Positions 1 through 9,252 of a stretch of 29,110 nt of DNA are shown one piece after another. Numbering within the stretch: the first letter of the stretch is position 1; the number at the start of each line of letters is the position of its first letter. Origin of the DNA: Streptosporangiaceae bacterium (GTDB lineage Bacteria > Actinomycetota > Actinomycetes > Streptosporangiales > Streptosporangiaceae); the NCBI GenBank assembly GCA_035636335.1, contig DASPZH010000029.1, forward strand, positions 1 to 29,110. The letters are read 5' to 3'. The translations under genes and the position numbers were made by a program. The notes beneath the pieces are model-generated. The model did no database searches. It had not been told where the DNA came from and saw nothing but the letters and a program-made list of their open reading frames with translations.

Positions 1-1286
1 ATCCTGAGCCCCCAGGGCAGGCGGCGCAGGTTCCGGGGCACCAGGCCGAGCAGGATCGTCGCGAGGCTGCGCGACCACTGGAACTCCTGGACGGTCATGG
101 CCGCGAAGGTGTTGGGTCCGTCGCCGTGCGCCTCGGCGTCAATGGCGAAAGCTCCGTGCCATCCGGCCGCGTTCAGCAAGAACGTGGTCGAGAAGTCCTC
201 GGCGAGATCCGGCCCGATGCCGCCGATCTGGCGGAGCGCCTCCGTGCGCACCGCGTAGTGCGAGCCGATGCACACCGGCGCGAACCCGGCACTGTGCCCG
301 AGCTGGATCGGACCGTGGAAGCTGGCCTCCTTGTGCAGCCGACCCCGGGCCGCCCAGGACCGGTCGGCGTTGGCATCGCAGACGCTGGGCGCCGCCACGT
401 AGCCGATCGCGGGGTCGGAGAACGGCCGGACCATCTCGGCGAGATAGCCAGGAGCCGGCACGTGGTCGCAGTCAAGCTGAGCGACGACGTCGTAGGAGCG
501 GTAGCCCCACCGGTCGTAGAAGTACGCGAGGTTGCCCTCCTTGCACCTGGTCCGGCGCGGCCAGGCTTGCCGCTGGTAGGTCTGTTCAGCCTCGCGGCTC
601 GAGACCCCCACGCCGCGGCCGATGCACCAGTTGATGATTTCCTCGGTGGGCCGCTCCGAGCAGAGCCACACGTCGAAGGGCAGCGGGTACTTCTGCGCGA
701 GCATCGCGTCGAGGGTCTGCCTGACCACGGGCCACGGCTCGGACGGCGCGTGCGTCACGACAAAGGCGACCCTGAGCATCGGGACCGCTATGTCGGGGTT
801 GACCTTGCGGAGCCGGTTGATGCCGACGATGAAGGACGCGGGGAAGACGGAGACGTAGGCCAGGACGGCCGAGTTCACCACCAGGCCGACGACGCCGATC
901 CGGTGCGCGGGTTCAAGCCACCACGACCAGAAGATCACCACGCAGGCCAGCCACGCTCCCGACATGACAACGACCAGCGCCTGGTCGCGACGCCTCAGCG
1001 CGTCGGTGAACGTGCTGGCGCGCAGCCGGGTGCGCGGCCTCTGTCGCCGGACCAGGACCGGGCCGGCTTTCGAGAACCGCGCGACCGTGCCGTCGGACAG
1101 CCAGCCGATTTCCAGGCCCAGGTACTTCGAGCTGTCGGCCGCGTCCAGGCCCGTGCCCGACCGGTGATGGCGGCCGGGCAGAACGGTGCCCGGAGGCAGC
1201 GCCTCATCGGCCTCCGGCGGCTCGATGACCGGGGCCGTGACTGACTCGGCCAGCCGAGTCGCGCTCGTGCCGTGCTCTCGGATCAA
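1..1286 (-). CDS. Processive family-2 glycosyltransferase, cellulose-synthase-like (3' end runs off the left edge; absent from the ORF track)
   Basis: Hand translation is open from TTG 1286 (AAGGA 6 nt upstream; alternative GTG 1319) to the edge. It shows two N-terminal TM segments, KEGNLAYFYD, QLDCDHVP (DxD), GSHYAVR, LAED and QEFQW (QxxRW-like). Confidence 0.85.
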   Translation of the reverse strand, partial: MIREHGTSATRLAESVTAPVIEPPEADEALPPGTVLPGRHHRSGTGLDAADSSKYLGLEIGWLSDGTVARFSKAGPVLVRRQRPRTRLRASTFTDALRRRDQALVVVMSGAWLACVVIFWSWWLEPAHRIGVVGLVVNSAVLAYVSVFPASFIVGINRLRKVNPDIAVPMLRVAFVVTHAPSEPWPVVRQTLDAMLAQKYPLPFDVWLCSERPTEEIINWCIGRGVGVSSREAEQTYQRQAWPRRTRCKEGNLAYFYDRWGYRSYDVVAQLDCDHVPAPGYLAEMVRPFSDPAIGYVAAPSVCDANADRSWAARGRLHKEASFHGPIQLGHSAGFAPVCIGSHYAVRTEALRQIGGIGPDLAEDFSTTFLLNAAGWHGAFAIDAEAHGDGPNTFAAMTVQEFQWSRSLATILLGLVPRNLRRLPWGLR

Positions 1287-1388
1287 TCGACGTCCTTGAC
1301 TCTGGGGGTTGCCTCGCACCCAACTCCGTGGACGCTCGAGCCAAAGCGCAGCTTACGGTACCCATGTTGTGTCGCGTCGCTTATTAGA

Positions 1389-1507
1389 TTAAGTACAGGT
1401 TAAGACGCATGGCTCGCCCGGAAGGTTGACAACTCGGGGCGAACCCGGGCAACAACACTGGCCGCAGCCGGGCGATAGCGGAGCGTTAATGCCTTAAGTT
1501 ACCTTAA
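1389..1507. promoter_or_regulatory. Two sets of TTAA-core direct repeats (candidate regulator boxes)
   Basis: TTAAG at 1389 and 1400 (11-bp period); CCTTAA at 1492 and 1502 (10-bp period) plus TTAA at 1486. TTAA is rare in this GC-rich DNA. Confidence 0.35.
1404..1428 (-). promoter_or_regulatory. Candidate ECF-sigma (SigE-like) promoter for the GT2 gene
   Basis: Minus strand reads CAAC-N17-CGTC (1428-1425 and 1407-1404), matching the AAC/CGTC architecture of actinobacterial envelope-stress ECF promoters. Confidence 0.4.
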
Positions 1508-1514
1508 ACTACTC

Positions 1515-1737
1515 ATTCGGGCAACTCAGGCGCAAGGCGAGGAACCGGAGACTCCAGGAACTCGGGAAATTCCGACAACTCCGAGAACTCCGAGAACTCC
1601 GGAACTCGGCGAGCTCGGGGAACTCGGCGAGCTCGGGGACCTCGGCGACCTCGGCGACCTCGGCGAACTTTGGGACTCGAGGGCAGCTCGAGCAACTCGC
1701 GCGAACTCCGGTAACTCGCGCAGGGCGGTAACTCGGG
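1515..1737. repeat. Degenerate 9-bp minisatellite, about 20 units, core GA(A/G/C)CTC on the plus strand
   Basis: Units such as GAACTCCGA, GAACTCGGC, GAGCTCGGG and GACCTCGGC are read directly, with occasional indels. Confidence 0.9.
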
Positions 1738-1754
1738 CCGCCTGGGTCGCGAGC

Positions 1755-2747
1755 TCAGCCCATGCGCTCGATCACGAAGTCGCACATCGCCTCGAACGCG
1801 GCCTTGGCCGGCACGTCGGGCAGCGCGAGGATCTCGGTCCTGGCCAGGTCGGCCCAGTGCCGCAGATCGGCCTTGGCCATCTCCATCGCCGGATGGGCGC
1901 GCAGCAGGGCGAGGGTCTCCGCTCGTGCCGCCTCGTCGGTGAGGTCGCCGGCCAGCAGGTCGACCAGCCTCGCATCGTCCGGGCCCGCCGATCGCAGCGC
2001 GTGCAGCACGGGCAGCGTCTTGACGCCCTCGCGCAGGTCGGTCCCCGGCGTCTTGCCCGACTGACCGGTCTCGCTGGACACGTCGAGTATGTCGTCGGAG
2101 AGCTGGAACGCCACGCCCAGTGCCGCGCAGGCCGGCGCGATCCGCGCGGTGACCGCAGCGGGGGCGCCGGCGAACAGGGCGCCGAAGTGCCCGGCGGTGG
2201 CGATCAGCGACGCCGTCTTCTCCGTGACCACGCTCATGTAGTGCTCGAGCGGGTCCTGGCCCGGCCGCGGCCCGATCGTCTCGGCGATCTGGCCGGCCAC
2301 CACCCGGCAGAACGTCTCGGCCTGGATCCTGACCGCGTCCGGGCCGAGGTCGGCCAGCATCTTCGAGGCACACGCGAACAGGTAGTCGCCGGTCAAGATG
2401 GCCACCGAGTTGTCCCAGCGGGAGTTCGCGCTCGGCGACCCGCGCCGCACGTCGGCCTCGTCCATCACGTCGTCGTGGTACAGCGTCGCGACGTGGGTCA
2501 GCTCGATGGCGACCGCGGCGGGCACGACCCGCTCGTCCCTGGCGTTGCCGAACTGGGCGGCCAGCAGCACCAGCGTCGCCCTGAACCGCTTCCCGCCGGC
2601 GTCGATCAGGTAGGCGGATGCCTCGTCGAGCAGGTCGTGCTGCGCCCGGGCGGTAGCTCTCAGGCCGTCCTCGACCAGCGCGAGCCCGTCGGTCACATCG
2701 GCCGCGAGCGCGGCGTCCGACAGCTCCACGGGAACCACGGTGCTCAC
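1755..2747 (-). CDS. All-trans polyprenyl diphosphate synthase (HepT/GrcC-like; probable menaquinone side chain)
   Basis: FARM LYHDDVMD..RRG, GDYL, KTASL, and SARM FQLSDDILD. GTG start at 2747 follows GGGGA. Syntenic with nuo, menG and menJ. Confidence 0.92.
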   Translation of the reverse strand: MSTVVPVELSDAALAADVTDGLALVEDGLRATARAQHDLLDEASAYLIDAGGKRFRATLVLLAAQFGNARDERVVPAAVAIELTHVATLYHDDVMDEADVRRGSPSANSRWDNSVAILTGDYLFACASKMLADLGPDAVRIQAETFCRVVAGQIAETIGPRPGQDPLEHYMSVVTEKTASLIATAGHFGALFAGAPAAVTARIAPACAALGVAFQLSDDILDVSSETGQSGKTPGTDLREGVKTLPVLHALRSAGPDDARLVDLLAGDLTDEAARAETLALLRAHPAMEMAKADLRHWADLARTEILALPDVPAKAAFEAMCDFVIERMG

Positions 2748-2864
2748 TGCATCCCCAATCAGTACGCCTTCCGCAGCGGGCCCGCCGCCGGCGAGGCAGA
2801 TGCCCGGCACGCACCTAGATAAGCACACCGCGGCGCGGCGCGGGTTCGGGCGGGTCGGCGCGGG

Positions 2865-2920
2865 GCGTGCTGCGGCGGCTTCACGGCGGCGGTGTGACGG
2901 CGGCGGCTACGCGGCGGCGG
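2865..2920. repeat. Four tandem 14-bp units ending in GCGGCGG, directly after the nuoN stop
   Basis: GCGTGCTGCGGCGG / CTTCACGGCGGCGG / TGTGACGGCGGCGG / CTACGCGGCGGCGG. Confidence 0.75.
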
Positions 2921-2925
2921 CGGCG

Positions 2926-4512
2926 TCAACGGACGAACAACTGCGCCGCGGCGTCGTGGGCCAGCCTGAGCAGCGGCTGGGGCTCGACGCCGAGTACCAG
3001 CGTGGCCAGCACGCCGATCCCGACCGCGACCGAGGTGTAGGCGCTGGGCCGGACGACGGCCGGGCCGTCGGCCGCGGGCTCGCTGAAGAACATCAGCACG
3101 ATGACCCGGACGTAGGGGAACGCGAGGATCGCGCTGCTGAGCACGCCGACGATGACCAGCGGCAGCGCGCCGCCGGCGATCGCCGCCTGGAAGACCGCGA
3201 ACTTCCCGGTGAACCCGCTGGTCAGCGGGATGCCGGCGAAGGCGATGAGGAAGAACGCGAACACGCCCGCGACCAGCGGGGAGCGCCTGCCGAGCCCGGC
3301 CCAGCGGGACAGGTGGCCCGCCTCGCCGCTCTCGTCGCGGATCAGGGTCACCACGGCGAACGCCCCGATCGCCGCCACGCCGTACGCGGCCAGGTAGAAC
3401 ATGCTGCTGGACAGCCCGGCGGTGCTGGCCGCGACCACGCCGGTGAGTACGTAGCCGGCCTGGGCGATGGAGGAGTAGGCGAGCAGCCGCTTCACGTCGG
3501 TCTGCGTGATCGCGATGATCGACCCGCCCAGCATCGTGAGGATCGCCACGCCCCACATCACCGGCCGCCAGTCCCACGTGAGCTGACCGAACGCGACATA
3601 GAACACGCGCAGCAGCGCGCCGAACGCGCTGACCAGCGTGCACGACGCCATCAGCGCCGTGACCGGCGTCGGGGCGCCCTGGTAGACGTCCGGCTTCCAG
3701 GCCTGGAACGGCACCGCGCCGATCTTGAACAGCAGGCCGACCCCGAGCAGCGCGATGCCGGCGAAGAGCAGGACCGCGCTCTGCGGGCTCGACCCCGCCG
3801 TCGCGGCGATCGCCGCGAGCCTGACCGACCCGGAGAACCCGTACAACATGGCCACGCCGAACAGGAAGAACGCCGACGAGAACGCGCCGAGCAGGAAGTA
3901 CTTCATCGCGGCTTCCTGCGAGAGCAGCCTGCGCCGCCTGGCCAGCGCGCAGAGCAGGTACAGCGGCAGCGACAGCACCTCGAGCGCCACGAACATGGTC
4001 AGCAGGTCGTTCGACGCGGGGAACAGCAGCATGCCGCCGACGGCGAACAGCGTCAGCGGGTAGACCTCGGTGTGGCTGATCCCGGCCAGCAGCCCGTCGC
4101 GTTCCTCGGCGCTGCCGGGCACCGCGGCGGCCTGCGCCGTGAACGCGCTCACCTCGTGGCTGGACTCGGCGATCAGCAGCACGCTGATGAACGCGAGGAC
4201 CAGGATCGTGCCCTGGATGAACAGCGTGGGCTCGTCGACGGCCACGGCACCGCCGGCGGCCACGTGCCCGGCGCTGCCGCCGCCGAACACGCTGGCGCTC
4301 GCCGCCACGAAGATGGTCAGCACGAAGGCGCCGGCCAGACTGCCGAGCGTGACGGCCAGGTGCAGGGTTCGGCGCAGCGGCCGGGGCGCGAACGCCTCGA
4401 CGAGCACGCCGGCCACGGCCGCGCCGAACACCAGCAGCATCGGCGAGAGCTGGCCGTACTCGATGTGCGGCGCGGGGATGGCCGGCGCAATCGCGGCGAT
4501 GGACCCGGTCAC
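2926..4512 (-). CDS. nuoN: NADH-quinone oxidoreductase subunit N
   Basis: Antiporter-like: LEVLSLPLY, EAAMKYFLLG, FKIGAVPF..W.PDVYQGAP, KRLLAYSS, GFTGKF. GTG 4512 overlaps the nuoM stop (GTGA). Confidence 0.96.
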   Translation of the reverse strand: MTGSIAAIAPAIPAPHIEYGQLSPMLLVFGAAVAGVLVEAFAPRPLRRTLHLAVTLGSLAGAFVLTIFVAASASVFGGGSAGHVAAGGAVAVDEPTLFIQGTILVLAFISVLLIAESSHEVSAFTAQAAAVPGSAEERDGLLAGISHTEVYPLTLFAVGGMLLFPASNDLLTMFVALEVLSLPLYLLCALARRRRLLSQEAAMKYFLLGAFSSAFFLFGVAMLYGFSGSVRLAAIAATAGSSPQSAVLLFAGIALLGVGLLFKIGAVPFQAWKPDVYQGAPTPVTALMASCTLVSAFGALLRVFYVAFGQLTWDWRPVMWGVAILTMLGGSIIAITQTDVKRLLAYSSIAQAGYVLTGVVAASTAGLSSSMFYLAAYGVAAIGAFAVVTLIRDESGEAGHLSRWAGLGRRSPLVAGVFAFFLIAFAGIPLTSGFTGKFAVFQAAIAGGALPLVIVGVLSSAILAFPYVRVIVLMFFSEPAADGPAVVRPSAYTSVAVGIGVLATLVLGVEPQPLLRLAHDAAAQLFVR

Positions 4513-6146
4513 GGAGTGCTCCCGTTCTTGTGCGCCGCCGGGTGCGGCGGGACTGGGTTGGTGGAGTGCGCCTGCACCATGCTCTGGCGGACCGCGGGGT
4601 TGATCACGTCGATGACCGGCTTGGGGTAGACGCCGAGCACGACGATCAGCACGATCAGCGGGCCGACCGCCCACAGCTCGCGGGCTCGCAGGTCGGGCAT
4701 CGCCGCGACCTCCGCACGGACCGGCCCGGTCATCGTGCGCTGGTACATCCACAAGATGTAGATCGCGGCCAGGATGATGCCGACCGTGGCCAGCGCGGCC
4801 GCGACCTCGTACCTCGTGAAGGTCCCGATCAGCACCAGGAACTCGCTGACGAACGTCGACAGGCCGGGCATCGCGAGCCCGGCCAGGCCCGCGACGAGGA
4901 ACAGGCCCGCCAGCACCGGGGCGACCTTCTGCACGCCACCGTAGTCGGCGATCTGCTGTGACCGGCGCCTGGCGATCATGAACCCGACGATGAGGAACAG
5001 CGCGCCGGTGGCGAAGCCGTGGTTGACCATGTACAGGGTGGCGCCGACCTGGCCCTGGCTGGTCATCGCGAAGATCCCCAGCGTGATCAGGCCGAAGTGG
5101 GACACCGACGTGTAGGCGATCAGCCGCTTCAGGTCGGCCTGGCCGATCGCCACGATCGCGGCGTACAGGATCCCGATCACCGCCAGCGCGATGACCAGCG
5201 GCGTGAAGTAGTGCGCGGCGGAAGGGAACAGGTCCAGGCAGTACCTGATCATGCCGAACGTTCCGACCTTGTCGAGCACGCCGACCAGCAGCACGGCGGC
5301 GCCGGGCTGGGCGGCCGTCGCGGCGTCGGGCAGCCAGGTGTGGAACGGCCACAGCGGCGCCTTGATCGCGAACGCGACGAAGAAGCCGAGGAAAACCCAC
5401 TTCTGCGCGGTCGGGCTCAGCGCCACCTTGGCCAGGTCGGTGAACAGGAACGAGCCATGGAATCCCAGCGCCGCGCTCTGGGTCGAGTAGACGTACAGGG
5501 CGATCAGCGCGACCAGCATGAGCAGCCCGCCGAGCAGGCTGTAGAGCAGGAACTTGACCGCCGCGTACTGCCGCTGGCCCACGCCGTAGCTGCCGATCAT
5601 GAAGTACATCGGGACCAGCATGGCCTCGAAGAACACGTAGAACAGGAACACGTCGGTGGCGGCGAAGACCCCGATCACCATGGTCTCGAGCACGAGCAGC
5701 AGCGCGAAGTAGGTCTTGACGCTGTGCTTTCTCGGCGCGGCTCCGCCATTACGCTTCGGCGGCGCCTCCTGCGCCGGGTCCCCGAGTCCCTCCGCGTCGT
5801 TCCAGGACGCGAGGACCACGACCGGCATCAGCACGGTCGTCATCAGGATCAGCACGAGCGCGATGCCGTCCGCGCCGACCGCGTAGTGCACGCCGAACTG
5901 CGGTATCCACTGGTAGGTCTGGGTGAACTGGAACCGCGGCCCGCCGACCTTGAACGCCACCGCCATCGCGACCGTGACGCCGAGCGTGACCAGCGTGACG
6001 ACCAGCGCGATCCGCTTGACCAGCAGGTCACGGGCGCTGCGCTCGGTTTCGCTGCCCGGGGCGGACCGGCCGGGGGTCAGGCAGACGGCCAGCGTGCCGG
6101 CCAGCGGGATCGCTCCGGCGACGGTCAGCCAGGGGAAGTTGCTCAT
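4509..6146 (-). CDS. nuoM: NADH-quinone oxidoreductase subunit M
   Basis: FFEAMLVPMY, IKAPLWPFHTWLPDA, LDKVG, KRLIAYTS, FVSEF; operon position. Confidence 0.97.
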   Translation of the reverse strand: MSNFPWLTVAGAIPLAGTLAVCLTPGRSAPGSETERSARDLLVKRIALVVTLVTLGVTVAMAVAFKVGGPRFQFTQTYQWIPQFGVHYAVGADGIALVLILMTTVLMPVVVLASWNDAEGLGDPAQEAPPKRNGGAAPRKHSVKTYFALLLVLETMVIGVFAATDVFLFYVFFEAMLVPMYFMIGSYGVGQRQYAAVKFLLYSLLGGLLMLVALIALYVYSTQSAALGFHGSFLFTDLAKVALSPTAQKWVFLGFFVAFAIKAPLWPFHTWLPDAATAAQPGAAVLLVGVLDKVGTFGMIRYCLDLFPSAAHYFTPLVIALAVIGILYAAIVAIGQADLKRLIAYTSVSHFGLITLGIFAMTSQGQVGATLYMVNHGFATGALFLIVGFMIARRRSQQIADYGGVQKVAPVLAGLFLVAGLAGLAMPGLSTFVSEFLVLIGTFTRYEVAAALATVGIILAAIYILWMYQRTMTGPVRAEVAAMPDLRARELWAVGPLIVLIVVLGVYPKPVIDVINPAVRQSMVQAHSTNPVPPHPAAHKNGSTP

Positions 6147-6169
6147 GAAGGATCAGCGCCTCATCGCAG

Positions 6170-8128
6170 CTAGAGCCGGACCAGCAGCAGGGCGCCGACG
6201 AGCAGCAGGGCGCCGACGAGCATGGACAGGGCGTACGAGCGGACGAAGCCGGTCTGGACCTTGCGCATCCGCCCCGACCACCCGCCCATGGCGGCGGCGG
6301 CGGTGTTGACGATCCCGTCGACGCCGCGGTTGTCGAAGTACACCGACAGCCTGGCGAGCCACTGGCCAGGGCGCATCAGCACCGACTCGTTCAGCGCGTC
6401 GCCGTACAGGTCCTTGCGCGCCGCGACCGTGACCAGGCTGCCGCGCGGCGCGGTGACCGGCACCTCCCTGCGCCCGTACATGAGCCACCCGAGTGCCGCG
6501 CCCGCCACCACCACCGCCAGCGAGATGTCGCTGACCGGGGTGAAGAAACCGGGCGAGCGCGCGGCGGTGCCGACGACCGGGGCCAGGAAGTCGATCAGCC
6601 GGCTGGAGATCATCAGGAAGCCGCCGGCGCACAGCGAGCCGACCGCCAGGATCACCATCGGCGAGGTCATCACCGGCGGCGCCTCGTGCGGGTGCGGCGC
6701 GTCCCACGGGGACGACCCGTCGGCGCCCCCCGCGGCATCATCCCAGCGCCGCTTCCCGCCGAAGGTCATGAGCATCACCCTGGTCATGTAGAACGCGGTG
6801 ATGCCCGCCCCGAGGAGCGCGGCGGTGCCCAGGATCGCGCCGGAGGTGCCGCCCTTGGAGTAGGCGGCATCGATGATCGGGTCCTTGGTGAAGAACCCGG
6901 AGAACGGCGGGATGCCGATGATCGCCAGGTAGCCGAAGGTGAACGTCACGAAGGTGATCTTCATGACGGCCCCGAGCCCGCCGAACCTGCGCATGTCGAC
7001 CTCGTCGTTCATGGCGTGCTTGACCGAGCCCGCGCCGAGGAAGAGCCCGGCCTTGAAGAAGCCGTGCGAGAGCAGGTGCGCGATCGCCAGCGCGTAGCCG
7101 ACCGGGCCGAGTCCGGCGGCGAGCATCATGTAGCCGATCTGGCTCATCGTCGACCCGGCCAGGGCCTTCTTGATGTCGTCCTTGGCGCACCCGATGATCG
7201 CGCCGAACAGCAGCGTCGCCGCGCCGACGATCGTGACCAGCAGCCTGGCGTCGGAGGACAGGTTGAAGATCGGCGCCGACCTGACGATCAGGTAGACGCC
7301 GGCGGTAACCATCGTCGCCGCGTGGATCAGCGCGGACACCGGGGTGGGACCTTCCATCGCGTCCAGCAGCCAGGACTGCAGCGGCAACTGCGCGGACTTG
7401 CCGCACGCGCCGAGCAGCAGCAGCAGGCCGATCGCGGTGACCGTGCCGGCGCTGGCGTGGCCGACGGCGCCGAACACGCCGGAGAAGCTGACCGAGCCGA
7501 ACGTGAAGAACATCAGCATGATGCCCAGCGACAGGCCGACGTCACCGACCCGGTTGGCGACGAACGCCTTCTTGGCCGCGACGGCGGCGGCCGGCTTGAA
7601 CTGCCAGAACCCGATCAGCAGGTAGGAGGCCAGGCCCACGCCCTCCCAGCCCGCGTACAGCGCCACGTAGTTGTCCGCCAGCACCAGCAGCAGCATCGCG
7701 GTGATGAACAGGTTCATGTAGCCGAAGAACCTGCGCCGCTCCGGGTCGGTCGCCATGTAGCCGACCGCGAAGACGAGGATGAGCGACCCCACGCCGGTGA
7801 TCAGCAGCACGAAGCAGATTGACAGCGGGTCGAGCAGCAGGCCGATGTTGGCGTGGAACCGGCCGATCGCCGGGATCCAGGTGTAGGCCTGCACCTGCCT
7901 GCTGCGCTGGCTGGCCGGGTAGCCGAGCATGGCGGCGAACGCGACCGCGCCGTAGCAGAAGGCCGCCAGCGGCATCGCGCAGCCGACCAGGTGGCCCCAG
8001 GCGTTCGTGCGCTTGCCGCCGACCAGCAGGACAACCGCCCCGGCCGTGGGGAACGCGAGCAGCAGCCAGGCCAGGCGCTGCACCCCGGTGGCGGGCAGCG
8101 CGGTCAGGGCCGCGGCGGTCGTTGACAC
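6170..8128 (-). CDS. nuoL: NADH-quinone oxidoreductase subunit L
   Basis: [53 protein letters not shown]. Confidence 0.97.
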   Translation of the reverse strand: MSTTAAALTALPATGVQRLAWLLLAFPTAGAVVLLVGGKRTNAWGHLVGCAMPLAAFCYGAVAFAAMLGYPASQRSRQVQAYTWIPAIGRFHANIGLLLDPLSICFVLLITGVGSLILVFAVGYMATDPERRRFFGYMNLFITAMLLLVLADNYVALYAGWEGVGLASYLLIGFWQFKPAAAVAAKKAFVANRVGDVGLSLGIMLMFFTFGSVSFSGVFGAVGHASAGTVTAIGLLLLLGACGKSAQLPLQSWLLDAMEGPTPVSALIHAATMVTAGVYLIVRSAPIFNLSSDARLLVTIVGAATLLFGAIIGCAKDDIKKALAGSTMSQIGYMMLAAGLGPVGYALAIAHLLSHGFFKAGLFLGAGSVKHAMNDEVDMRRFGGLGAVMKITFVTFTFGYLAIIGIPPFSGFFTKDPIIDAAYSKGGTSGAILGTAALLGAGITAFYMTRVMLMTFGGKRRWDDAAGGADGSSPWDAPHPHEAPPVMTSPMVILAVGSLCAGGFLMISSRLIDFLAPVVGTAARSPGFFTPVSDISLAVVVAGAALGWLMYGRREVPVTAPRGSLVTVAARKDLYGDALNESVLMRPGQWLARLSVYFDNRGVDGIVNTAAAAMGGWSGRMRKVQTGFVRSYALSMLVGALLLVGALLLVRL

Positions 8129-8143
8129 GGTCGTTCCTCCTGC

Positions 8144-8446
8144 TCAGTACTTCAGCAAGTTGGCGTCGTCCACCGACGCCGACCTGCGGCTGCGGAAGAT
8201 CGAGGTCAGGATCGCGAGGCCGACCACGACCTCGGCCGCCGCCACGACCATCACGAAGAACGCGATCACCTGGCCGGTCAGGTTGCCCTGCAGCCTGGCG
8301 AAGGCGATGAAGGCCAGGTTGACGGCGTTGAGCATCAGCTCGACGCACATGAACACGACGAGCGCGTTCCTGCGGACGAGCACGCCGACGGCGCCGATGA
8401 CGAAAAGGATCGCCGCCAGCGCGACGTAGTTGGCCGGGCTGATCAC
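8144..8446 (-). CDS. nuoK: NADH-quinone oxidoreductase subunit K
   Basis: 100 aa, three TM segments, [25 protein letters not shown]. Confidence 0.97.
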   Translation of the reverse strand: MISPANYVALAAILFVIGAVGVLVRRNALVVFMCVELMLNAVNLAFIAFARLQGNLTGQVIAFFVMVVAAAEVVVGLAILTSIFRSRRSASVDDANLLKY

Positions 8447-9252
8447 TGCTCATCCTCCTGCTCGTCGGCGGGAGCCGGCGCCGGGTTCGCGGAGTCGAGG
8501 TCCCGGCCGGACTGGACCTCGACCCGGGTCTCGGCCGCCTGGGCGGCGAGCACCTCGCTGACCGAGAGCCGCGACTGCGTCCCGTCGGGCAGCAGGGCGG
8601 GCATGTCCACGGCGTTGTGCCGCGCGTAGGTGCCGGGTCCGGGCAGCGGGGTCGGCCGGCCGCTGGCCACCCGCCGCAGGGACAGCATCCGCTGCGTCGG
8701 CCGCGGGCTGGTCCGCTCCCGGTGCGCCAGCACCATCGCGCCGAGCGCCGCCGTGATCAGCAGGGCGCTGGTGACCTCGAACGGGAACACGTAGGTCGTG
8801 AAGACCAGCCTGGCCAGGCCCGGCACGTTCTGCGAGCTGTTACGGGCCCCCGAGGGCGCGACCGCGCCGATCGTCGCGTGCCCGACGACCAGGATCAACA
8901 ACACCAGCAGGGCGATTCCGGCCAGGCCGGCGAAGAGCCGCTGCCCCCTGATCGTCTCCACGATCGAGTCGGCGGCGGTAATGCCGACGATCATCATCAC
9001 GAAGAGGAACAGCATCAGCACCGCGCCGGTGTAGACGATCACCTGCACGAAGGCCAGGAACGGCGCTCCCTGCATGGCGTACATCAGGGCCAGGACCAGC
9101 ATCACGACCGCGAGCAGGACCGCGCAGTGCACGGCCCGCCGGATCATGATCATGCCGAGCGCCGCGCCGACGGCGACGACCGCGAGCACCCAGAACGCGG
9201 TGACCTCGGTGTTGCTGGCCGCGCTTCCCGCCAGGACGACCGGGTGAGTCAT
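8443..9252 (-). CDS. nuoJ: NADH-quinone oxidoreductase subunit J
   Basis: [25 protein letters not shown]; actinobacterial C-terminal extension. Confidence 0.96.
   Translation of the reverse strand: MTHPVVLAGSAASNTEVTAFWVLAVVAVGAALGMIMIRRAVHCAVLLAVVMLVLALMYAMQGAPFLAFVQVIVYTGAVLMLFLFVMMIVGITAADSIVETIRGQRLFAGLAGIALLVLLILVVGHATIGAVAPSGARNSSQNVPGLARLVFTTYVFPFEVTSALLITAALGAMVLAHRERTSPRPTQRMLSLRRVASGRPTPLPGPGTYARHNAVDMPALLPDGTQSRLSVSEVLAAQAAETRVEVQSGRDLDSANPAPAPADEQEDEQ

Noticed and set aside
126-1244. 372-aa plus-strand ORF and the other long antisense ORFs over nuo (e.g. 2740-4629, 10360-12297, 13763-15346, 15987-17219)
   Set aside because: They are shadow frames of well-supported minus-strand genes in high-GC DNA, with Arg/Gly/Ala-rich composition, no motifs and no RBS.
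1426-1431. Perfect TTGACA -35 hexamer on the plus strand
   Set aside because: There is no -10 box at 16-18 bp and no plus-strand gene downstream; it overlaps the better-fitting minus-strand CAAC element.
1515-1737. Possible CRISPR array
   Set aside because: The period is 9 bp with no unique spacers, and there are no cas genes.
1755-2747. Prenyl synthase as supplier of the lipid carrier for the flanking glycosyltransferases
   Set aside because: FARM/SARM motifs define a trans-prenyltransferase; glycan carriers come from cis-prenyltransferases (UppS-type).
1513-2814. 433-aa minus-strand ORF ending in PEFSEF repeats
   Set aside because: It is an alternative frame overlapping the prenyl synthase; only its tail is patterned, and that comes from the minisatellite.
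2926-5400. Apparently giant NuoN, G, F, E, D and C proteins and an 845-aa menJ reaching into menG in the ORF track
   Set aside because: These are upstream open-frame extensions. Real starts are marked by stop/start overlaps or an RBS, and the extensions lack homology.
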